NCBI RefSeq assembly: GCF_006345805.1
Contig: NW_021827607.1
Span: forward strand, 1-10,169
DNA length: 10,169 bases
Direction: 5' to 3'
DNA from: Octopus sinensis
Taxonomy: Eukaryota
This document shows positions 1-9,368 of this stretch, piece by piece (position 1 is the first letter of the stretch; every line of letters begins with the position of its first letter). The notes beneath the pieces were generated by a model. The model was given only the letters and a program-made list of their open reading frames with translations, was not told the DNA's origin and searched no databases. The position numbers were made by a program, and so were the translations under genes.

Positions 1-149
1 TAATATATAAAGTAATAAAAAAATATATATAAATATGTAAAAAAATATGTGAAAATTATATTAAAAATATATGTAAAAAGTAGAAAGATAAAAAGCTTTA
101 CATGAGCACAATATAAAAAGCAAGTTCTATCTGTGATCTTGGGGGGACC

Positions 150-720
150 AAAAACATAACAAATATTTAGCCGTGTGGACATGATCCAAAACATTTAGTT
201 CTTGAATTTAGACATGTAGTGGAGTCTAAGCTGCTTTTCAAGATGAGCCATCTATCCATATCAAAAAGACCACACTTTCCACTGCCGTTCGTGTAAGGCT
301 TATACTTGGCTGAGATCTTCCAATGGATGTAACTGAAACCTTTATCTTTTAAGGACCATATATGAATGGATAATTTGGTCGTTTTCCTTTTATCTCAGTG
401 CCTGAAGCTGAAGGGGTGATTATTGAACCTGGCCTTGAAATTCCCATCTGTAAGGCTCACATATTTCTTTGTGGAAAGTTAAGTTAAGTTAATTTTTTGG
501 CTCAAAAAACAAAAAGCAAGGCCATGTAGGAGGACATGGAGTTATGTACGGGGAGGGTGTTCATGCAAAGAGTTCAGGCCATTTCTGGTCTCGTGATCTT
601 AGTGGTTGTAGAGTCTACGGTGGCTTCATAAATGAAATGTCTCGGACATGCAAGCTCCATTTAGCGGGCACAATTTTTTATCCCGGCATGAACGGATGGT
701 TTCATTTTGTGGTTTTTGTG
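150..720 (-). pseudogene. Degenerate GIY-YIG endonuclease domain of a Penelope-like retroelement (two pieces: ~720-597 and 474-~150)
   Basis: Manual minus-strand translation. 5' piece: ...RSCRDKKLCPLNGACMSE-(1-nt frameshift)-FIYEATVDSTTTK. 3' piece: KKYVSLTDGNFKARFNNHPFSFRH*DKRKTTKLSIHIWSLKDKGFSYIHWKISAKYKPYTNGSGKCGLFDMDRWLILKSSLDSTTCLNSRTKCFGSCPH. This follows the motif order I recall for PLE GIY-YIG domains (CxCRxxxxCPLxGxC; IY..YIG; FKxRxxNH; LSxxIW; LNxRxE..CxH). In-frame stops at 395-397 and 167-169. Family assignment is from recalled motifs, not a database search. Confidence 0.85.
475..596 (-). mobile_element. 5'-truncated non-LTR retroposon 3' end (LINE or SINE tail) inserted in the PLE endonuclease
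   Basis: Flanked by near-identical 9-mers TCTTTGTGG (466-474) and TCTTAGTGG (597-605). On the minus strand it ends in (AACTT)3 (plus-strand AAGTT x3, 476-490), preceded by a perfect 6-bp stem-loop CCATGT-aggagg-ACATGG (522-539). Removing it makes the flanking endonuclease motifs contiguous. Confidence 0.75.
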
Positions 721-817
721 TGTTTTATGCGACTATATTTTTAAAATTAGAAGTTGACCTGAAACTGATTTTTAAGTTATGTCTATTGAAGAGTTTTCTA
801 TAATTATGATTGACTGG

Positions 818-1140
818 AAAATATCTATCTATCAGTGCTAAGAAATATTTACCTATATTAAAGTTAGAAATACTTACCTATATCATAGCTAGGTCACAAA
901 TTTAGAATGAATTTACAACGAGTAAATTAAAGTAAATTACATTTACCTGTTGTTCTCCTCAGTGTGATACTCTGAGTTATAAATTTGCGAGTGTTAGGAT
1001 TAAATATGTACGCGATCAAGCATCATCGCATAACTAATATTCAACCACACTCCCCAAAATATACAGCCGAATGGGCTACATATTTATCTTTTATACCCAC
1101 GTGATCGAAACTGCAGATATATATGTACATATGTATATGT
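818..1140 (+). repeat. Left arm of long inverted repeat (partner 4380-4696)
   Basis: 818-1085 is the reverse complement of 4429-4696 with 12 substitutions and no gaps by hand alignment (~95%). After a small indel the match continues via ATCGAAACTGCAGATATATATGTACATATGTATAT into the TA tract. Confidence 0.95.
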
Positions 1141-1149
1141 ATGTAGTAT

Positions 1150-1187
1150 GATATATATATAATACACACATATACATATATCATTAT

Positions 1188-1234
<47 letters not shown>

Positions 1235-1286
1235 TATATATATATATAATATTAGGGAGTTACATATAGTGGTATTATGTCTAATT

Positions 1287-1320
<34 letters not shown>
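1150..1320. repeat. Compound (TA)n microsatellite
   Basis: Two long TA runs (~1195-1248 and ~1288-1320) seen directly. Confidence 0.95.
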
Positions 1321-1425
1321 AGAATTTAAAGACGGAAAAGGCACACTCTTCACATAGTTTTAATGTGTTTTTAGATATATTCTATATTGTGCATATCAAC
1401 CGGATTCGCTTCCGCTAACCATGAC

Positions 1426-1846
1426 ATTAAAATTATTTTAGTTACCTATTTTCTTAAGAAAATTTTTTGTGTCCATGTTGTGTGTGAAGCTTATGAATGA
1501 ATGAATCAACAAGTAGAAAAATCTAATGGGAGGAAATTGGTGATCCTTATTATTGTTGACAGGGGAGATAATTGTTCGTCTTTCGGTGTGTGTGGGATAG
1601 GGGAATATACACAAAAATTCAAAACCTAGAGTATATATTTCTCCCTATTACTCTAGCTTTTGAGTTTTTGTGTATATTCCCACCTACGAAAGATGAACAG
1701 TTATCTCCTCTGTCCACAATAATAACGATCACCAATTACCTCCCCTTAGATTTTTCTACTTGTTGAATCAGTCATTCATAAACTCCACAGACAACATCGA
1801 CAAGAAAATTTTTCTGAAGAAAATACATAATTAAAATAATTTTAAT
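1426..1846. mobile_element. Foldback palindrome (MITE-like), ~200-bp arms, 15-nt loop
   Basis: 1426-1633 pairs with 1649-1846, with about 22 substitutions plus one ~10-nt indel by hand. The loop is 1634-1648. The palindrome is directly seen; the MITE label is inference and no clear TSD was found. Confidence 0.8.
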
Positions 1847-2008
1847 AAGCGAAAACGAAAAACACAATATAAAATATATTAAAAAATGTTAAAAGTGTGT
1901 GCATTTTCCTTCTTTAATTTCTTATATATATTACAACTCAACAAGTGGGGATATTTGAAATTCCCCCTTTCTGTTACTATATATGTTTTTATGTTTTCGT
2001 TTCTCATT

Positions 2009-2144
2009 GTGTTCAACGTTTATTTATGTCATGTACCCATATATGCATGTATGTATACATATATATGCTGGTATGTACATATGCATATATTTATATTATT
2101 ATATGATCAAACGCCACGCATCTTTTTCCAAGTAAATTTTATCT
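2009..2144 (+). repeat. Direct repeat copy 1 (partner 2699-2863)
   Basis: GTGTTCAACGTT...TGTACCCATATATGCATGTAT...TTATATTATTATATGATC...CCACG...TTTTCCAAGTAAATTTTATCT occurs in both copies. Confidence 0.9.
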
Positions 2145-2160
2145 TAATAATTACGATGCG

Positions 2161-2310
2161 CACTCTTCTACCTTTACTATCTCTTCTCTGTCTGTCTCTC
2201 TCCTCGTTTTCTTCATCCTTTCTGGTTTTCTCTCCCACCATTCCTTATTCTTCTCCTCTCCTCTTCACCGTTCCTTCTCTCTCACTCCTTCTCCTCGACT
2301 CTCTCGTCGC
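2161..2310 (+). repeat. CT-rich low-complexity (polypyrimidine) tract
   Basis: Almost purine-free plus strand over ~150 nt. Confidence 0.8.
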
Positions 2311-2698
2311 TGACACGTGACGAAAGATAATCTGTCTTTCTGTCCACAACATTCGAAAAGGAAAAAACGTGCTTATACTGTCTTCTTCATAAGCTCGTCT
2401 TGCGTTTAGAATTTTTTTCTATCGTCTCGACTTAACAGCCCTCACCGTTTGTTTTTACTGTTTTGTTCTCACTGTCCTGCTCTTGTTACCAATTTCACCC
2501 TCTGCAAAAAATTCAAAATTTTATTTAATTTGCTTTGCGGGAAGGACTGTTTCAACAAAGTTGCATTCGAACGTGGAGTAGATAAAACAGGGACAACTGA
2601 AGAAGGGGAATATTCTTTATGTTGTATGTCTCGTTTCTGTTTGTTTTTTTCGTTGTTCGAAAAAATAGTTAGTTTCTATGTTTTGTTCTTATATTTTC

Positions 2699-3045
<347 letters not shown>

Positions 3046-3360
3046 ATATAAATTACCCAGAAATTCAGTAATATAAACTATTAATTCACAGATATAATTA
3101 ATCACACATAATACATACATGTATACATGAATTCCAACGCACATAAGAAATATGTTGAGTGATATATGAATTCATAAAGAATCATGTTTTAAATCACAAA
3201 CTGTTAGTCAATTAATATACTATTTCACCACTAGTATTATTAGGTTTGCGTAAGTAATTTTAATATTTCTTCCACTGACGTATGCTAATAATGTCTTTCT
3301 GTTAAACCTTGTATTTGTAATTACGTAGAACTGCTTAATGACATTAATGGGTACATAATT

Positions 3361-3380
3361 TTACATATATACATATACAT

Positions 3381-3434
<54 letters not shown>

Positions 3435-3545
3435 CACATGGATATATATATATATCTATATACATTTACATATGATTATATAAGTAAATAAATATGTGTA
3501 TATATGTATATATACTAATAAGAAATGTACATGTGTATATATGTA
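3361..3545. repeat. (TA)n/(TACA)n microsatellite region
   Basis: Directly seen; pure TA run ~3383-3435. Confidence 0.9.
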
Positions 3546-3561
3546 TTAATTTATTTTTTAC

Positions 3562-3773
3562 TGTGTTCCCCCCACCACCGTCGACAATTGATGTGTTGGT
3601 GTGTTTACGTCCACATAACCTAGCGGTTCGACAAATGAAAATGATAGAATAAGTACTAAGCTTACAAGGAATAAGTCCTGGGGTCAATTTCTTTGACTAA
3701 AAAGACCCTTTAAGGCTGTGCTCCAGCATGGTCACAGTCAAATGACTGAAACAAGTAAAAGAATAAAAGAATA
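3562..3773 (+). mobile_element. SINE 3' half (copy A), ending in (AAAAGAAT)2 tail
   Basis: Aligns by eye to the reverse complement of 4914-5031 (GCTTACAA.GAATAA.TCCTGGGGTC.ATTTCTT.GACTAA...GTGCTCCAGCAT...CTGAAAC) and of ~7106-7160 (TGGTGTGTTTA.GT.C...GATAGAAT). Resembles Octopus tRNA-derived SINEs from recall. Confidence 0.8.
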
Positions 3774-4339
3774 CAGTCACACACTGTCAAAAATCCTGGC
3801 ACTTTAAATCGCGCCAAAGTGAATAACATTTGCATAAAAAAAGCCCAGTTTAAATTGAAGGAAATTTTTGAGTATGTAGAATTTTCTTTATGTAATTGGA
3901 CCAAATCTAATACCTTGTTTCCCATTGGTAATGCTTTATATTATGAAGCAAAGATTGTTTTTATTTAGACTTGATCGAGCAGACCTACAGTAAACGAATT
4001 CGAGCTATGATTACATGTTATTTTCTTAGAAAATAGCATGTGATTTGAGGGAGATGCAGCTGCTATTTCAGACAAATTAATGCAAATATAAGTTGCAACA
4101 CGACGGAATCTAATGTATTGCATTGCATATCAGCAATGCAATTAGATGTATATCCGTCAAATTGGAATTAAATTAATGGACCACGTTAAGGTAGATAAGC
4201 AACAAAACTAGGATCCATCTATTGGAAATTTTCCGGGTAGTGATTATTTGGATAAGGGAATAGAAAATTAGAAATTTCTATTTTCAAATGAGAGTGAAAA
4301 TGAACAAAATGTATGTATGTATACGTATATGTATATGCG

Positions 4340-4372
<33 letters not shown>

Positions 4373-4388
4373 ATATATATATATATAC
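4340..4388. repeat. (TA)n microsatellite
   Basis: Directly seen. Confidence 0.95.
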
Positions 4389-4696
4389 ATATGTACATAT
4401 ATATCTGCAGTTTCGATAACGTTGTTACAAATATGTAGCACATTCGGCTGTATATTTAGGGGAGTGTGGTTGAATATTAGTTATGCGATGACGCTTGATC
4501 GAGTACATATTTAATCCTAACACTCGCAAATTTATAACTCAGAGTATCACACCGAGGAGAAGAACAGGTAAATGTAATTTAATTTAATTTACTCGTTGTA
4601 AATTCATTGTAAATTTGTGACCTAGCTTTGATATAGGTAAGTATTTGTAGCTTTAATATAGGTAAGTATTTCTTAGCACTGATAGATAGATATTTT
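4380..4696 (-). repeat. Right arm of long inverted repeat (partner 818-1140)
   Basis: Reverse complement of 818-1140; 268-bp core at ~95% identity. Confidence 0.95.
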
Positions 4697-4913
4697 TTAG
4701 CCTCAAAGACAAAAAACAAACAAAAATAAAAACTAAAAATACTATAGTGTTATATAAAAATAAACAAGAAATAGTAACAAACACAATTACTACTATACAG
4801 AAATCAATTTTGGTTTCTACCAAATATTTCAAAAGTCGAAGACAGCAATAGCACTTAGAAATAAAAATTATCTCCCTACCTTCCGTTAGGTTTTAGAAAT
4901 CTGTTTCTTAATG

Positions 4914-5031
4914 TTTTTTTTTTCTTTTTACACGTTTCAGCCATTTGCAGCGATGCTGGAGCACCACCTTAAAAGGGGTTAGTCTAAGAAATCGACCCCA
5001 GGAGTTATTCTTTGTAAGCCTAGAACTTATT
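4914..5031 (-). mobile_element. SINE 3' end (copy B) with A-rich tail
   Basis: Reverse-complement match to 3650-3765; T-run at 4914-4923 corresponds to the tail. Confidence 0.8.
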
Positions 5032-5535
5032 ACAGGGAAAAATGCGAGCATGAAAAGAAGTATTCTTATGATTATAAACTTGGGAAAGTACAGGACAAGT
5101 TTTTACACCTGTAAAAGTATAGGACAAGCTATTACTTCTAGTAAAGCAAAGAATAAGAAACTTTTTACTTAAAATATTGCAGCAAAGTTCTCAGCAAAAG
5201 TTGCAGCAAAGTTCTCATCTTTTAAATTTATTGTACAAAACTGATCAGCTAATTTAAGTTTGTCTAATTAGTCACTTTTTTCTGTATTTAAGGTTGTAAA
5301 TTAGCTAAATTCTACTTAAATAAGTATAGTGTTATTTGTAAACTATAATAAAATAAGTTTTAATATTCAGATTTTAATTTTAGCTGCAATATTTTAAGTA
5401 AAATATTTCTTATTTTTTACTTTATTAGAAGTAATAGCCTATTCTATACTTTTACAGGTGTAATAACTTGTCCTGTACTTTTCCAGGTTTATAATCTTAA
5501 GAATATTACTTTTCATGCTCGCATTTTTCCATGTA
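5031..5535. mobile_element. Tc1/mariner-type MITE, 153-bp inverted arms, putative TA TSD
   Basis: 5031-5183 vs 5383-5535: 15 substitutions, no gaps (~90%). Termini read TA|CAGGG ... CCATG|TA. The ~200-bp AT-rich spacer is non-coding and contains a 17-nt duplication TTGCAGCAAAGTTCTCA (5177-5193, 5201-5217). Confidence 0.85.
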
Positions 5536-6540
5536 ATCTATGATTTTTTCAGGCATTGTTGTTATAAGATAATTAATAATGTAAGATTTTACCTTATATA
5601 ATACTGAAAGATAATATTTCAATTTTTCCATGTAAGTGATGATAATATTTCAATTTTTTTAATGTTTAATTTAAATAGATGATGTGATTGAATTATTTGA
5701 TATTACCCATCCTCACCAAATCAATGGCAGGGATTTCTACCACGTTGTTGGTTGCACCATGGCTCACGAAAAGTTACAAAAAACAAAACCCCAAAACCAT
5801 CAGTTATCAGGCTCGCCTTAAGTAACCTAATTTTGCAATATTAGTAGGAATTCATTCAACGAAAAAAATTTCCAATGATTCCGAGATTGGTGGGGGTCTC
5901 CCCATTCTTTTCCGAACCAACATAAGGGATTTGCAGCATATTAGGAGGTCAGGGTACTTGATTCCACGCAAAAAATCCATTTTTTTTTCTCGGTGAAAAT
6001 CGTGCGAATGTTAATATAGAAATTTAACATAATGTCATTTAGCCTCAAATCAACCCTAATACTGCAGACGTATCGTCAAAGACATTCCAGCCTTCAGCAA
6101 ACCGTCTTTTGAGGGATAATCTAGGACATTAGGACATTATGTACAATGGGCGTGTGATTTAGGTAGGGGAATATTTTGGCTGGTATTTTTAGAGTGTCGA
6201 ACGACCAGGTAGAGGCTCTTTCATTGGTTCGATTGCGAGATGAGATTTTTTTACGCATGCATGTAATATGTATATATATCATCGGCAGAAGTTAGAGAGT
6301 AAGTAAAAAGCTGAGAGTTTCGTGTATTGGCACTTATGAAACACGAATTTGTCCATTGTCACTCAGTAACTTGTGACGAAATAACTTCTAAAATACAAAA
6401 TTTTGTCAAAAACGTTAAGAGTAACCCTATTCTATGTGACACATTCTACATGTATTGGAAGTTTCAAAGTGTTTAGTTAAAAAAAATTAATTAAATAACC
6501 TGTACGTCAAATTGAATAGATCAGAAATGGATAAATAGAA

Positions 6541-6640
6541 AAGTTGACCTCGGCGGAATTCGAACTCAGAATGTAAAAACAGACGAAATACTTTGCAGTA
6601 TTTCGTCCGGCACGTTAACATTTCTGCCAGCTCATCGTCT
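6541..6640 (-). mobile_element. tRNA-derived SINE head (different family from copies A-C)
   Basis: Minus strand has an A-box-like GCTGGCAGAAATGTT (6631-6617) and a B-box GAGTTCGAATTCC (6567-6555), with a perfect 10-bp stem GACGAAATAC/GTATTTCGTC (6582-6607) between them. No acceptor stem, so it is not a tRNA. Resembles a common Octopus SINE head from recall. Confidence 0.7.
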
Positions 6641-7105
6641 CAGACTGGAAAACATTCATTTTAGAAATATATTCTTATTGCTTGGAGCGTTCCTCCCCTA
6701 CTTGCTGCCCCACTTATTTCATATTTCATATTTTACCTCATAATTATTTTTCTACTAATTTTTGTTCAATGCGACTAATGATTCTGAATTCCTCGTGCAG
6801 TTTTCTATCATTTAAGCATAAGAAAAGTATACTTTAATTTTAAAATTAAAAAAATTATGTTAATTGAAGATGAATACCTGCCTTACTGCCCACCTTGAGG
6901 TCGACATGTTTTGGTGTAACTTTTTTTCTACTGAACCAAATCTGAAACTATTTATACCAAAGTGTAGCTGAGGAGGTGTCCTCTTTAAAACTATTAACAG
7001 TTCGCGATTTAGTTGAGAACTGAATTACTGGTGAAGCTTGGAATCTGCTGCAGTTGACGAAATGGCGGACTTAAGAATATATTCAACCACTACCGTGGTT
7101 AAATG

Positions 7106-7385
7106 ATTCTATCGGTCTTTTTTTTACGGGAACATAAACACACCAGCATCAGCTGTCAAGTGATGGGAGGTGAGTAGATGGGTGGGAGAACACAAACACA
7201 CGCATAAACACACACATACACATATATATATACGAATGGCTTCTTCCAGTCTCCGTCTACCAAATCCACTCATAAGGCTTTGGTCGGCTCGAGGCTATAG
7301 TAGAAGACACCTGCCCAAGGTACCACGCAGGGGGACTGGACCCAGAACTATGCGGTTGGGAAGCAAGCTTCTTACCACACAGTCA

Positions 7386-7387
<2 letters not shown>
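7106..7387 (-). mobile_element. SINE 5' and middle part (copy C): Pol III-type head, CORE-like central segment, internal TA/TG microsatellite
   Basis: Minus strand reads AGTGACTGTGTGGTAAGAAGCTTGCTTCCC...GTTCTGGGTCCAGTCCC...CCTTGGGCAGGTGTCTTCTACTATAGCCTC...; its distal end matches copy A (3595-3650). The CORE-like label rests on recalled similarity of CCTTGGGCA(A/G)GT to CORE-SINEs. Confidence 0.75.
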
Positions 7388-7477
<90 letters not shown>

Positions 7478-7500
7478 TTTTCTATCTGTCTATCTATCTA

Positions 7501-7531
<31 letters not shown>

Positions 7532-7533
7532 GA
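7387..7533. repeat. (TATC)n grading into (TGTC)n microsatellite
   Basis: Directly seen. Confidence 0.97.
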
Positions 7534-7576
7534 CGGCCTGTCTGTTTGTGTATGTATGTATCTATCTGCCTGTCCG

Positions 7577-7620
7577 TCTATCTATATGCGCGCACACGTC
7601 TATCTATATGCGCGCACACG
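7577..7620. repeat. Perfect 22-nt tandem duplication TCTATCTATATGCGCGCACACG x2
   Basis: 7577-7598 is identical to 7599-7620. Confidence 0.9.
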
Positions 7621-7645
7621 TGTTTGTGTAATCTTGTGTAATCCC

Positions 7646-7852
7646 TGAATAAGGGTTGTTTAAGGATTTTGAACGAAACCCTTATGTTTCCAAAGGTGAA
7701 TTATTCAAATCCCCAAGAATCCCTCTCAACACATGGCTATGATGCTCCCACACTATTGCTCGTGATCAGAGATGCACATATCGTCAGCCACTAAGGGACA
7801 TGGTCATCTGGTTAAGGTCAAACAACTGACAAGCAAATCTGTGGTATTGAGA
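7646..7852. repeat. Probable unclassified interspersed repeat fragment
   Basis: Higher-complexity block between two microsatellites that resembles a repeat I recall from Octopus assemblies. No second copy in the window, so unverified. Confidence 0.3.
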
Positions 7853-7898
<46 letters not shown>

Positions 7899-7950
7899 TA
7901 TTATTATTATTATTATTATTATTGTTGTTGTTGTTGTTATTAATATTATT

Positions 7951-8031
<81 letters not shown>
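7853..8031. repeat. (ATT)n-(GTT)n-(ATT)n trinucleotide microsatellite
   Basis: Directly seen; source of the poly-I/poly-L in ORF 7772-8050. Confidence 0.97.
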
Positions 8032-8032
<1 letters not shown>

Positions 8033-8316
8033 TTTGTTATTTACCTTTGATCTGCATGCTTGTTAGTCTCTTGCCGAGACACACCCAGCACACAAGGGCC
8101 AGGGAAGGATAAGAGATGTTACAGTATGACTGAAAGCTTGGGAAGAGAGGTAGCAGGAATATTTGGGAATAGGGGATCTCGAAGCAAGATTTATATGATA
8201 TTATTTTATAACTTTATAACCTTTATAAGTTGCTTCGTTATTCCAAAGCAGAAATATTTTACGTTTCTCACGGAAGTTTTAAAATTCTTATGGCATATTT
8301 TACATATTCTAAATTA

Positions 8317-8825
8317 TACTGGGTTGTCCGGAAAGTTCGTGCCGATTTTTAAAGGAAAAAAAAAGGGCAATAAATACTTGCCATTAGATTTTTAGTCAAC
8401 CAAATATGAATCATTTTGTTGCACAATGAGTCTCCATCTTTCCTTTGACTTGAAAATACCCTCTTTCCTGAATTGAGGTGGTTTCATGGCAAAGAATTCA
8501 TCAAAGTATCTTTTTGGTATCTTTTTACGTCATCCAAGGAATTAAAATTGTTACCATTAAGACTATTCTGCAGAAACCTGAATAAGTGGAAATCCGAAGG
8601 AGCAATATCTGGTGAATATGGAAAGGTGGGATAACACCCTCCATTTTAAAGGGTTACAGAATTAACAAAAGTTATAGGAAAATAAATCTTCTTCCACGAA
8701 AAGATACCTTAAACTGTGCTCTAAATGGAAGTGTAGTCAAATCCTATTTTATGGACTCAACGATGTTCTAAAAGTCGAAAGATAAGCTACTATAAATCGG
8801 CACGAACTTTCCGGACAACCCAATA
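8317..8825 (-). mobile_element. Internally deleted, non-autonomous mariner element with TA TSD
   Basis: 30-bp TIRs (C/T)TGGGTTGTCCGGAAAGTTCGTGCCGATTT at 8319-8348 and 8794-8823 (1 mismatch), each flanked by TA (8317-8318, 8824-8825). Contains a transposase C-terminal remnant. Confidence 0.95.
8392..8621 (-). pseudogene. Mariner (DD34D) transposase C-terminal fragment
   Basis: Minus strand: PYSPDIAPSDFHLFRFLQNSLNGNNFNSLDDVKRY-(11-nt duplication)-FDEFFAMKPPQFRKEGIFKSKERWRLIVQQNDSYLVD*. YSPDxAPSD is the established mariner motif carrying the third catalytic Asp. Stop codon at 8394-8392. Confidence 0.92.
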
Positions 8826-9350
8826 TGATTCTGTTATTCAAGCTATAAGATGGAAGGACTATGTAACCTGTGTCCTTGTTGATATACACAATAATAGTTA
8901 GAACCTATTAATATCTCTGTGGACAGAGAATGAGTGTTCTTTGATGAATATCTAAATCGAGTAGAAACCGGTTATGTCAATAACACTTTTTCTACCTACG
9001 TAGTGACGAAAATTCGTGGTAAACCATATTGTTTACTTTTCGCAGGGAAGCTAAATTTGTATGTTTATCCAAAAGTAAAACAAGAATGTATATCATGTAT
9101 TAGATTTGAAATTATTATCACCGTAAAGAACTCCTACAAAAATATGTTGTGAATCATATATGTATATATATGCATATAATAGATAAATACGGGCATACAT
9201 AAATGTATGTGTGTGTGCTTTTGCACTTGTTATTGTGTGCCAAAATCAGCTTTCTAACAGAGGCATAGTACGTGTGCATAACGGGACATTTAAAGAATCT
9301 ATATCTACATACGAAACGCAACACACACCACGATGGACATAAGCACGCAA

Positions 9351-9368
9351 ACACACACACACACACAC
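9351..9368. repeat. (CA)n microsatellite
   Basis: Directly seen. Confidence 0.85.

Noticed and set aside
544-744. 66-aa plus-strand ORF
   Set aside because: It is the antisense read-through of the retroposon tail and the PLE endonuclease fragment; no recognisable motif.
2597-2640. CTGAAGA followed by a weak stem, a possible hammerhead ribozyme as known in PLEs
   Set aside because: No GAAA core or stem III follows. The nearby CTGACAC...CGAAAG (~2311-2340) lacks the CUGANGA consensus.
4560-4670. Repeated AGGTAAGT splice-donor-like motifs
   Set aside because: They derive from a 25-nt internal duplication within the inverted-repeat arm; no upstream exon or acceptor is supported.
6541-6640. tRNA gene
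   Set aside because: A/B boxes are present but there is no cloverleaf or acceptor stem; better explained as a SINE head.
6880-7100. Possible coding remnant
   Set aside because: The frames translated on each strand contain stops and no motif I recognise.
7170-8050. ORFs of 153 aa and 92 aa
   Set aside because: Antisense SINE plus (TATC)n, and (ATT)n, read-throughs.
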